A stretch of DNA of 64,000 nt from Lama glama (lineage: Eukaryota): the NCBI GenBank assembly GCA_028534125.1, contig CM052816.1, forward strand, positions 15,130,001-15,194,000. The letters run 5' to 3'. The translations under genes were made by a program, and so were the position numbers. Shown here one piece after another: positions 11,818-23,556 of the stretch (its first letter is position 1; every line of letters begins with the position of its first letter). The notes below the pieces were generated by a model that saw only the letters and a list, made by a program, of their open reading frames with translations, had not been told where the DNA came from and did not search any database.

Positions 11818-13665
11818 AGAAAAACAAAGAGGCTGGAGGAATAACTCTCCCAGGCTTCAGACAATACTACAAAGCTACAGTAATCAAAACAGCATGGTAT
11901 TGGTACAAAAACAGACATGTGGACCAATGGAACAGAATAGAGAGCCCAGAAATGAACCCACAAACTTTTGGTGTTCGACAAAGGAGGCAAGAATATACAA
12001 TGGAACAAAGACAGTCTCTTCAGCAAATGGTGTTAGGAAAACTGGACAGCAGCATGTAAATCAATGAAGCTAGAGCCCTTCTTAAACCATACACAAAAAT
12101 AAACTCAAAATGGATCAAAGACTTAAACATAAGACAAGATACAATAAACCTCCTAGAAGAAAATACATGCAAAACATTATCTGACATACATCTCAAAAAT
12201 GTTCTCCTAGGGCAGTCTACCCAAGCAATAGAAATAAAAGCAAGAATTAACAAATGGGACCTAATTAAACTTACAACCTTCTGCACAGCAAAGGAAGCCA
12301 TAAGTAAAACAAAATGACAACCTATGGAATGGGGGGAAATTTTTGCAAATGAAACCAACAAAGGCTTCATCTCCAGAATATATAAGCAGTTCATACAACT
12401 TAATAAGAAAAAAACAAACAACCCAATCCAAAAATGGGCAAAAGATCTAAACAAGCAATTCTCCAAGGAAGACATACAAATGATCAATAGGCACATGAAA
12501 AAATGCTCCATATCACTAATTATCAGAGAAATGCAAATCAAAACTGCAATGAAGTATCACCTCACACCAGTCAGAATGGCCATCATTCAAGAGTCCACAA
12601 ATGACAAATGCTAGAGAGGCTGCTAGTGGGGATGCAGTTTGGTGCAGCCTCTGTGGAAAACAGTATGGAGATTCCTCAAAAGGCTAGGAATAGACTTACC
12701 ATATGACCCAGGAATCCTGCTCCTGGGCATATATCCAGAAGGAACCCTACTTCAAAATGACACCTGCACCCCAATATTCATGGCAGCACTATTTACAATA
12801 GCCAAGACATGGAAATAGCCTGAATGTCCATCAACACATGACTGGATAAAGAAGATATGGTATATTTATACAATGGAATACTATTCAGCCATAAAAACTG
12901 ACAACATAACGCCATTTGCAGCAACATGGATGTTCCTGGAAAATGTCATTCTAAGTGAAGTAAGCCAGAAAGAGAAAGAAAAATACCATACAAGATCGCT
13001 CATGTGTGGAATCTAAAAAAAAAAAAATACAAAACAAAAACAGACTCTTAGACATAGAATACAAACTTGTGGTTGCCAAGGGAGCAGGGGGCAAGAAGGG
13101 ACAGACTGGGATTTTAAAATGTAGAATAGATAAACAAGATTATACTGTATAGCACAGAGAAATACATACAAGATCTATGGTAGCTCACAGCAAAAGAAAA
13201 TGTGACAATGAATATATATATATGTTCATGTATAACTGAAAAATTGTGTTCTACACTGGAATTTGACACAACATTGTAAAATGATTATAAATCAATAAAA
13301 AATGTTTAAAAAAGATTATACTGTATAGCACAAGGAAATATATACAAGATCTTATGGTAGCTCACAGCGAAAAAAAATGTGACAATGAATATATGTATGT
13401 TCATGTATAACTGAAAAATTGTAGTTCTACACTGGAATTTGACACAACATTGTAAAATTATTATAACTCAATAAAAAATGTTTTAAAAAAAGATTATACT
13501 GTATAGCACAGGGAAATATATACAAGATCTTATGGTAGCTCACAGCGAAAAAAAATGTGACAATGAATATATGTATGTTCATGTATAACTGAAAAATTGT
13601 GCTCTACACTGGAATTTGACACAACATTGTAAAATGACTATAACTCAATAAAAAAAATGTTAAAA
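11818..13665 (+). mobile_element. Young 5'-truncated L1 (ORF2 C-terminus and 3'UTR) with a triplicated 3' end
   Basis: ORF2 C-terminal peptide ([21 protein letters not shown]...[11 protein letters not shown]). Perfect 17-bp TSD aaaattcagagacctga at 11801-11817 and 13666-13682. Confidence 0.92.
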
Positions 13666-13668
13666 AAA
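13137..13668 (+). repeat. Three tandem copies of a ~177-bp L1 3'-terminal unit
   Basis: Units start agattatactgtatagcac at 13137, 13313 and 13491, and each ends caataaaaaatgtt(t)aaaaa. Confidence 0.95.
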
Positions 13669-14302
13669 ATTCAGAGACCTGAGGGATAATACCAAAATGT
13701 TTAATATTTGTGTCATCAGAGTCCTAGAAAAAAGGAGAAAAAACATGAAGTAGAAAAATATTTGAAGAACTCCTGGCTGAAAACTTCCCAAATTCAATAA
13801 AATACATAAATATATATAAACAAGAATTTGAGTAAATCCCAAACAGAATTAATTCAAAGAAATACATTCCCAGACACATCATTATCAAACTGATGGAAAA
13901 AACAATTAAACCTGAAACCTATCAGAGAAAACAGTGCATTTTATGTAGGGGAACAACAATTCAAGTGACTGTGGGTTGCTCACCAGAAACAATGGAGACC
14001 AGAAGGAAGTGAAACAATGTAAAGAAAAGAACCTTCAATCCAGATTTTGGTATCCAGCAAAAATATTCTTCAGGAAGGAATGTGAAACAAAGATATTTTC
14101 AGAAGAAAAAAAACTAACAGCATTCATTGCCAGTAGATCTGCTCTAAAAGAAACACTGAAGAAAGTTCTTCAGATGGAAGGAAATTATACCAGAGAGAAA
14201 TCCAGAACATCAGAAGTGAAGTAAGAGTAAAATAAGTGGTAAATATCTGGGCAAGTATAATAGACTATTATTCTACACTGAAAGCCATAGACTATACAGA
14301 CT

Positions 14303-15225
14303 ACAAGCAATTCTCCAAAGAAGACATACAAATGGCCAACAGGCACATGAAAAATGTTCAGTATCTCTAATTATCAAAGAAAAGCAAATCAAAACTACAA
14401 TGAGGTATCACCTCACACCAGCCAGAATGGCCATCTGTCCAAAAGTCCACAAATGATAAATGCTGGAGAGGCTGTGGAGGAAAAGGCACCCTCCTACACT
14501 GTTGGTGGGAATGTAGTTTGGTGCAGCCATTACAGAAAAGTCTGGAGATTCCTCAAAAAACTAAAAATAGACCTACCATATGATCCAGCAATCCCACTCC
14601 TGGGCATATATCTGGAGGGAACTCTAATTCAAAAAGATACACGCACCCCAATGTTCATAGCAGCACTATTTACAATATCCAAGGCATGGAAACAACCTAA
14701 ATGTCCACCAACAGATGACTGGATAAAGAAGCTGTGGTGTATTTCTACAATGGAATACTACTCAGCCATAAAAAATAATAAAAATAATGCCATTTGCAGC
14801 AACATGGATGGACCTGGAGATCATCATACTCAGTGAAGTTAGAAAGAGAAAGAAAAGTACCATATGATATCACTTATATGTGGAATCTTAAGGAAAAAAA
14901 TAATAAATGAACTTACAGACTTACTGACATATAAAACAAACTTCTGGTTACCAGGGGGGAAAGGATGTGGGAAGGGTTAAATGAGGAGTCTGAGATTTGC
15001 AGATACTAACTACTGTATATAAAATAGATAAATAACAAGTTTCTACTGGATAGCACAGGGGACTATATTTAATATCTATATTTAATACCTGTGATGAGAA
15101 AGAATATGAAAAGGAATATATGTATGCATTTGTATGACTAAAACATTATCCTGTACACCAGAAATAGATACAACATTGTAAACTGGCTATACTTCAATAA
15201 AAATAAAAATAAATTTTTAAAAAAG
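14303..15225 (+). mobile_element. 5'-truncated L1 3' end
   Basis: ORF2 C-terminus ([23 protein letters not shown]...KQPKCPPTDDWIKKLW), 3'UTR and A-rich tail. Confidence 0.9.
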
Positions 15226-15288
15226 CAGGTGGTAGAAAACTTACCTAAAGAAATCATGACTAAAAAAAAAAAAGAAATCATGACTGAT

Positions 15289-15416
15289 GGGGGAGTCATC
15301 TAGCTCAATGGTAGAGTGCGTGCTTAGCAGGCATGAGGTCCTGAGTTCAATACTCACTACCTCTGTTAATAACTAAACCTAATCACCTTCCCACCCCCCC
15401 AAAAAAAATTTTTTTT
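15289..15416 (+). mobile_element. tRNA-derived SINE (Vic-1-like)
   Basis: tagctcaatggtagag...ggtcctgagttcaat head and aaacctaatcacc tail. TSD aagaaat(c/a)atgact. Confidence 0.85.
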
Positions 15417-15591
15417 AAGAAATAATGACTAAAAACTTCCTTAATCTAGAGAAAGATTTGGTCACCCAAGTTCATGAAGCTAATGGGTCACCTCTAAAGT
15501 TCAATCCAAAATGATCTTCTCTAAGACATATTATAATAAAAATGTCTAAAATCAAAGACAAAGAGAGAATTTAAAAAGCAGCTAGATAAAG

Positions 15592-15680
15592 GTGGGTGGG
15601 TATAGCTCAGTGGTGGAGCACATGTTTAGCATGCATGCGGTCCTGCGTTCAATCCCCAGTACCTCCAATAAAAAATAATG
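15592..15680 (+). mobile_element. tRNA-derived SINE (Vic-1-like)
   Basis: gggtatagctcagtggtggagcacatg...gttcaatccccagtacctcc followed by an A-rich tail. Confidence 0.85.
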
Positions 15681-16088
15681 AAATGAAATGGAACACTTCA
15701 AGCCGAAGTGAAAGGATGCTAACTAGCAACATGCAAACATATCATACACTGGTAAAGTTAAGTATATAGTCAGATTCAGAATACTCTAATATTGTAATAT
15801 GATGGTGTGATAACCACATAACTCTGGTAAGAAGGCTAAAGAACAAAAGTATTAAAAATAGATACAGCTACAATAATTTGTTAATGGATACACAATATAA
15901 AAAGATGTAAATCATGATACCAAAAACATAAAATGGGGGGTAGGGTAAGAAGGTAAGAGTTTTTGCATGTGATGAAAGTTGTTATCAGCTTAAACTGTTA
16001 TATCTATGTTTCAAGTAAGCTGTAGGGTAGCCACAAAACAAAAACCTACAGTAGATAAACAAAAGACAAAGAAATGGGAATTAAAGTA

Positions 16089-16344
16089 CAGTAGAATCTT
16101 GAACACAGGTTTGAACTGTGTAGGTCCATTTATTCACAGATTTTTTTTTCAAAAGTTAATACCACAGTACTACACAATCCATAGTTGACTGAATCTCAGG
16201 ATTCCTCTGTATCTATGGTTCCATAGACACAGAGGAACCGTGGATATGGAAGAACTATGTATACAGAGGGCTGACCATAAGTTATATGTGGATTTTCAAT
16301 GACATGGAGGGTTGGCACCTCTAACTACCATATTGTTCAACTGT
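16089..16344. mobile_element. MER8/Tigger2-like MITE
   Basis: tacagtag...cttgaacacaggtttgaactg at the start and tattgttcaactgta at the end, TA-flanked. Confidence 0.65.
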
Positions 16345-16619
16345 ATACCACTAATGAAAATCATCAATTCACAAAGGAAGAGAAACATAGCAACAGAAAA
16401 GGAAAGGAACAAAGAAACTAGAAAAGAGCTAGAAAACAATGAACAAGATGGCAAGTCCTTACCTATCAATAATTACTTTAAATAAAAGTGGATTTAAACC
16501 TTCAATCAAAAGGCACAGAGTGTCAACTGACACACTGTAATTGACTCTACTTCAATAAAAAAAGATTAGCAGGGGGTAAAAAAGGCACAGAATGACTCAA
16601 TGGATAAAACAACAACAGA

Positions 16620-16705
16620 GGGTGGGGGATATAGCTCAGTGGTAGAGCACATGCTTGGCATGCATAAGGTCCTGGGTTCAATCCCTAGTGCCTCTGTTAA
16701 GGAGA
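16620..16705 (+). mobile_element. tRNA-derived SINE (Vic-1-like)
   Basis: atagctcagtggtagagcacatgcttggcatgcataaggtcctgggttcaatccctagt. Confidence 0.85.
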
Positions 16706-18257
16706 AAACAAGATCTGAATATATGCTACCTGCAAGACTCTCACTCCAGCTTCAAGGACACACATACGCTCAAAGTAGAGGGATGGAAAAAGATATTCAT
16801 GATAGTGGAAACCAAAAGAGAGCAGGGATAGCTATACTTATATCAGACAGAAAACTTTAAGTTAAAAACTGTAACAGGAGACATAGAAGGTCATTATATA
16901 ATGATAAAGGAATGAATGAAATATCAGACCATCTAGATATATTAGGCAAATAATAACAGATCTGAAAGGAGTAATAGACAACAATACAATAATAAGAGGA
17001 GACTTCAATACTCCACGTTCAACAGTTGATAGATCATCCAGACAGAAGCATTAACATTGAACTATACTTTAGACCAAATGGACTTAACAGAACTATACAG
17101 AATACTCCATTAAACAGCAGCAGAATATACATTGTTCTTAAGCATACATGGAACATTCTCCAGGATAGACATGTATTAGGTCACAAAACAAATCTTAGCA
17201 AATTTTAGGAATTTAATTATGTCAAGTGTCTTTTCTGACCACAGTGGCATGAAACTAGAATTCAATAACAGGAGGAAAACTGAAAAATTCACAAATATGT
17301 AGAAATTAAACTACACACTCATGAACAACAAATGGGTCAAAGATGAAATTTTAAAATATCTTGAAACAAGTGAAAATGGAATCACAACATACAAAAATGT
17401 ACGGGATGCAGCAGCAGGAGTTCTATGAGGGAAGTTTATAAACTAAATGCCTGTATTAATGTTAAAAATGAATGCTCTCATAAAACAACTAAACTTTACA
17501 TTTCAAAGAACTAGAAAAACAAAAACAAACTAAGCCTAAAATTAGTAAAAGAAAGAAGATAACAAAGATCATAGCATAAATAAATGAAATAGAGAACAGA
17601 ATCAAACAATAGAAAAGACCAAGGAAACTTAGAGTTGGTTTTTGAAAAGATAAATGAAATTGGCAAACCTTTAGCTAGACTGACAAAGAAAAAAAGAGAG
17701 AAGTTTAAAAGAAATAAAATTATAAATGAAAAGAGGAGACATTACAATAGATACTCACAAAAATAAAAAGGATTATAAGAGACTACAACTTCCAACAAAC
17801 AAAAGCCCAGGACCAGATGGCTTCATGGGTGAATTCTATGAAACATTTACAGAAGAATTAATGCCAATTCTTCTCAAACTCTTCCCCCAAAATTGAAGAG
17901 ATGGGAACACTATCAAGCTCATTTTACATGGCCAGCATTGCTCTGATGCCAAAGCCAGATAACAACACTACAAGAAAAGAAAACTACAGACTAATATCCC
18001 TGAATACAGATGTAAAAATTCTCACCAAAACACTAGTAAATTGAATTCAACAGCACATTAAAATCATCAGGTGGGATTTATCCCTGGGATGCAAAGATGG
18101 TTCACCATATGCAAATCAATAAATGTCATACTCCATATAAAGTGAACAAAAGACAATAATATGGGCATCTCAACAGATGCAGAAAAGGATTTGAAAAATT
18201 TCAACATCTTTTCATGATAAAAACTCTCAACAAACTGAGTATATAAGGAACATACTT

Positions 18258-18931
18258 GGGAAGAAGACCTAGACAGAGTTACCTAAATAGATTTATCGTG
18301 TGATTCAGCAATCCCACTCCTGGGCACATATCTGGAAAAGACAGAAGTTCTAATTTGAAAAGATGCATGCATCCCAATATTCATAGTGGCACTATTACAA
18401 TAGTAAAGACATGAAAGCAACCCGAATGTCCATCAACAGATGAATGGATAAAGCAGATACAGTATAATATACAATGGAATATTATTCAGCCATAAAAATA
18501 ATGAAATAATGCCATTTGCAGCAACATGGATGGACCTAAAGGTTGTCATACTAAGTGAAGTAAGTCAAAGAAAGGCAAATACTATATGCTATCACTTATA
18601 TGTGAAATATTAAAAATAGTAGAAGTGAACTTAGAAACAAAGTCACAGACATAAAAAACAAACTAAGGGTTACCAAAGGGGAAGGGAGGGGAATAAATTG
18701 GGAGTATGTGATTAACAGATGAACACTACCGTATATAAAATTAACAACAAGGTTTTACTGTATAGCATAGTGAACTATATTCAATAACTCGAAAAAAAAC
18801 AGAATGGAAAAGAATTTTTTAAAAGAATACAAACATATACATATACATGTACAACTGAATCACTTTGCTCTACATCTAAAACTACCACAATATACATATC
18901 AACTATACTTCAATTAAAAAAAAAAAAGAAA
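18258..18931 (+). mobile_element. Nested 5'-truncated L1 3' end
   Basis: cagcaatcccactcctgggc...aactatacttcaatt(A)n. TSD gaacatactt at 18248-18257 and 18932-18941. Confidence 0.85.
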
Positions 18932-19523
18932 GAACATACTTCAATATAGTTCTGGAGTCCTAGCGAGAACAATTAGGCAAGAAAAAGAAATAAAAGACAT
19001 CTAAATTGGAAAATAAGAAGTAAAATTGTCTCTGTAGATGAATGGTCTTTATATAAAAATCTTCAAGACTCCACTTAAAAACTGTTAGAACCAATCAACA
19101 AATTCAGTAAAGTTTCAGGGTACAAATTCAACATAAAAAATTAGTTGCATTTCTATACACTAACAATAAATTATATGAAAAAGAAAAAAATTCCATTTAA
19201 AATAGGATCAAAAAACAATAAAATACTTAGGAATAAGTTTAACCAAAGAAATACAAGACCTATACACTGAAAATTATAAAACACTGATGAAAGAAATTAA
19301 AGAAGGAAGACGACACAAATAAATGGAAATACATTGCATGTTCATGGATTGGAAGAGTTAATACTGTTTTAAAATATTCATACTACCCAGAGCCACCTAG
19401 AGATTCAATGCAATTTCTATTAAAATCCCAAAGACATTTTTCACAGAAATAGAAAAAACAATCCCCAAATTCATATGGAACTACAAAAGATCCCAACTAG
19501 TCAAAGCAATCAAGAAAAAAGCT

Positions 19524-19848
19524 GGAGGGTATAGCTCAAGCAGAAGAGCGCATGCTGAGCGCATGTCTAGAATGCATAAGGCCCTGGGTTCAATATCCAG
19601 TACCTCCCCCCAAAAACAAACAAACAAATAAGTAAATCCAATTACCTCCCCCCACCAAAAGAAAAAATTGTAATAAATAAATAAATAAATAAATAAATAA
19701 GAGAAAAGCAGGACGGGAGGGTATATAGCTCAGCGGTAAAATGTGTGCTTAGCATGCATGAGGTCCTAGGTTCAATCTCCAGCACCTCCATTGAAAAAAA
19801 AAATAAACAAGCCTAATTACCTGCTCCGACAGAAGAAAAAAAAAAAAG
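19524..19848 (+). mobile_element. Two head-to-tail tRNA-derived SINEs (Vic-1-like)
   Basis: Heads at about 19524 (ggagggtatagctcaag) and 19715 (gggagggtatatagctcagcgg). The first has a (TAAA)n tail, the second a poly(A) tail. Confidence 0.85.
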
Positions 19849-21826
19849 AGGTGCTGGGAAAACTGGATATCCACATGCAAAGGAATAAAATTAGATCTCT
19901 TTCTTACACTACTCACATAAATTAACTCAAGATCAAGAGATTAAATGTAAGCTGTGAAACCATTAAACTTCCAGAAGAAAACATAGGGTTAAAGCTCCAA
20001 GACATGGATCTTGGCAATGATTTTTTTGGGGTATCACACCAAAAGCACAAACAACAAGAACAAATACAAGTGGGACTACATCGAACTAAAAAATCTTCTG
20101 CACAGCAAAAGAAACAAACAACAAAATAAAAAGGCAACCTAAAGAATGAAAGAAAACATTTGCAAACCATGTATCTGATAAAGAGGAGTTAATATCCAAA
20201 ATAGGTAAGTAGCTCATATAACTCAAAAATTTTTTAAAACAATTAAAAATGAGCAGATGACTTGAATAGATGTTTTTCCACAGAAAATATACAAATAGCC
20301 AACATGTACATGACAACGTGCTTAACATCACTAATAATCAGGGAAATGCAAATCAAAATCATAATTAGATATAATCTCGAATCTGTTACATTAGTGATTA
20401 CAAAAAAAAAAGAAATAATAAAGACTAGTGAGAATATGGAGAACAGGAAACTCTGGGGCACTACTGGTTGGAATGTAAATTGGTGCAGCCACTATGGAAA
20501 ACAGTATGAAAGTTCCTTAAAAAATTTAAAACAGAACTACCATATGATTCATCAATCCTACTTTTGGACATATTTCCAAAGGAGAAGAAATTTCTTTCTC
20601 AAAGAACTGTATTCCCATATTCATTGTGGCATTATTCACAGTAGTCAAGACACAGAAACAACCTAACTGCTGTCACTATGTCTCTTTCTCTCTCTATATA
20701 TATATATATGTATAATTATTTTTCAGCCTAAAAAAGGAAATCTGCCATTTATGACAACAAGGATAACCTTGAGGGCATTACGTTAAGTGAAATACATGAA
20801 AAAGAGAAAGACACTGTATAATTTCTCTTATACGTGGAATCTAAAAACATTGAACTCATAGAAACAGAGTAGAATGGTGGTTGCCAGGGGCTGAGGGGTC
20901 GGGGAAAGAGAGAGATGTTGGTCGAAGAGCACCAACTTTCAGCTGTAAGATGAACAGATTCTAGGGATCAACATGTACAGCATGGTGACTAGAGTTAACA
21001 ATATTGTATTGTATAGTTGAAAGTTCCTATGAGATTAAGGCTTTAATGTTCTCACCATAACAACAACAACAAAATGGTAATTATGTAAGATTAAAAATGT
21101 GTTAAATAACTTTACTGTGGTAAACATTTTATAATATATACATGTATCAAATTATCACATTGAACACCTTAAACTTATATAATGTTGTATGTCAATTATA
21201 TCTCCATAAAGCTGGGGAAAAGGTGAGGGGAAAGCTGAGAAGCACACGTGTATGTCACAGCCCATGGGCAAAGGCTAACTAAAAGACTGAGATGTAATCA
21301 TAGGATCAGAGGACACTTCCCCTCTCCACACACATTACCACCACACCAATAGGGTTTGCATATAACAGATGACTGCAACTGGAAGAACCACATCTCCAAC
21401 CTAATTTAAGAAGTCTCTAGAGAAAACCAAAGACAACAGAGGAGACAAAAACAGTAACACCAGAGGAAATTTTAACCTCCGACATCTACAGTAAGGTATA
21501 AAAACAGCCTAACCTCTAGCCAGATGAACAAAACTTCACACAAAAGACCTATTTACTTCATTGTCTTTTACCTGGTACATCAAGCCCAGCTTTCAACAAC
21601 AACAAAAAATTACAAGGTATATTTAAAGGGATAAAGACACAGACAGAACAAGCATCAGAGCCAGATTCATATATGACAGAGATGTTGGAATTATAAGACT
21701 TAAAATTTTAATAATTATCATTAATATGCTCAGTGCTCTAACGGAAAAAGTGGAAAGCATATAACAGATGGGTAATGTAAGCAGAGATATGGAAACTCTA
21801 AGAAAGAATCAAAAGAATATGCTAGA

Positions 21827-22661
21827 GGTGAAACCCAAATCAACTGTATGTAGTTTTTTTCTAAAGCAAAACCCAAACAAAACAAAATTTCTCTACAGTT
21901 CTCTCAGGAAATTCTGCTTCCTACAGAGTGGCTATTTAAGCTACTCCAATATAATCAACTAAAATTAGAATCTTCTATGAATTTGAAGATGTGATGGAAG
22001 AAAGGATTTACAAGCAAAGTCTATCTTTAACAGAAACCTAAAATGAGGAATTTGAGACCCAAAGAGTTTTTTTGTTCCTCTTCCCTTGATGGATAAAATT
22101 TTTCCCAAGTCATCTTTTAAAAAAGTCTTAGATCTACAATTACCTATTGTAAGTATATAACACAATTTGGTACTTCAACTTCTTTTGCTATCAATCTGAT
22201 AATTATTTCAGGTGATAGATTTAACCTTCAAGATTTCATGAAGTAAAGTCTGACAGTCAGGTACATAAGGACGTGAGCCAGAATGACAGCAGAGTGTTAT
22301 CAGGGTTGGCATTTCCAAAAGTGAATCCATGTGGTCACTATACACATGTTTTGCTAGAATTGTGTTTCATCTCTTGCTGGGTTTGGAATGTATACAACCT
22401 TGAAATTGGATCTGGAGGGATAGAAATTCTAAGAAGTATTCATTTTTTAAATATGGATTTTAAAGCTAAAGCTCTAATCTGTTCTTAGAAACAATGACCA
22501 ATACATATATGAAAACTAAAAAAATTGTGCAGTATATTGTATGTATGTATTTACATGCAATAAAAGTATATGAGCAGTCAAACTGTAATAATTCTACCTA
22601 ATAGAACTGAAAAAGGAAAAAACATGGATTTTAAAAGGGAAATAAATGTTCTAATTTACAA
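21827..22661 (+). pseudogene. Putative processed retrocopy of an mRNA 3'UTR (parent gene unidentified)
   Basis: Non-L1 AT-rich insert ending AATAAA (22641-22646), about 13 nt, then a short A-run. Degenerate TSD aaaagaatatgctaga (21811-21826) / aaaaggaactgctaga (22662-22677) splits contiguous L1 sequence. Confidence 0.55.
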
Positions 22662-23167
22662 AAAAGGAACTGCTAGAAATCAACAACACTGAGAAAAATG
22701 ATGGATGCTCATCAGTAAACCAGCACAACTGAGAAAAGAATCAGTGAGCTTGAAGATACATCAATAGAAACTTCCCAAACTGAAAAGCAAAGAGAAAAAA
22801 GAATGAAAAAAAATGAACAGAATGTCTAAGAATTATGGGACAATTACAAAAGCTGTAACATATAGTGAAAACATCAGAAGAAAGAGAAAAGGGAAAAGAA
22901 GAATATTTAAAGTAATAATGTACGAGAATATTCTAAAATTAATGACACCAAGCCACAGATTCAGGAAGCTCAGATACTACCAAGCAGGATAAATAAAAGA
23001 TACACCTAGGCATATCATATTCAAACTTCAGAAAATTAACAATAAAGAGAAAATCTTAAAAAGAAGTCAGGAGGGAGGTTGGTGGGGGTGGAGGTATGAG
23101 GGCAGGGGGCAGGGAACTTACCTACAAAGAAACAAAGGTAAAAATTACATCAGACTTCTCCAGAAAT

Positions 23168-23556
23168 CAGGGATTTCCAGAGAAACAGAACCAATGGAAT
23201 GTGCATAAAATAGAGATTTATTTTAAGGAATTGGCTCATGCTATTATGGAGACTGGCAAGTCCAAACTCTTCAGGGTGAACTGGCAGGCTGCAAACAAAG
23301 GAATAGATGATATTTCAGTTTAGTTCAGATCTGAAGGCCATCTGCTGGCAGAATTCACTCTTCCTAAGGGGAGATGAGTCTTTTCAAATGACTGATGAGG
23401 TTCAGCCACATTATGGAAGACAATCTGCTTTACTCCAAGTCCACTGACTTAAATGTTAATCTCATTCAAAAATACCCTCACAGAAATATCCATGTATTGT
23501 ACCGCATATCTAGGCATTGTGACACAGCCAAGGTGACATACAAAGTTAACCATCAA
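23168..23556. mobile_element. MLT2-like solo LTR nested in L1
   Basis: cagagaaacagaacca...tttattttaaggaattggctcatg...aagttaaccatca; MLT2 hallmarks recalled from memory. Confidence 0.75.

Larger units (their letters stand above)
10340..14290 (+). mobile_element. Old L1M 5'/ORF1-region remnant hosting younger insertions
   Basis: ORF1-like decayed peptide at 13976-14224 (LQSRFWYPAKIFFRKECETKIFS). The host sequence resumes after the TSD at 13666-13682. Confidence 0.6.
15430..21215 (+). mobile_element. Degenerate L1MA-like element (end of ORF1, ORF2, 3'UTR) with nested SINEs, a MITE and L1 tails
   Basis: ORF2 remnants such as GNQKRAGIAILISD, ccaggaccagatggcttca and gggatgcaaagatggttca. 3'UTR ends near gtcaattatatctccataaagctgg. 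Confidence 0.85.

Noticed and set aside
13137..13668. CRISPR-like or satellite array
   Set aside because: The units are contiguous L1 3'UTR copies with no unique spacers, and the DNA is mammalian.
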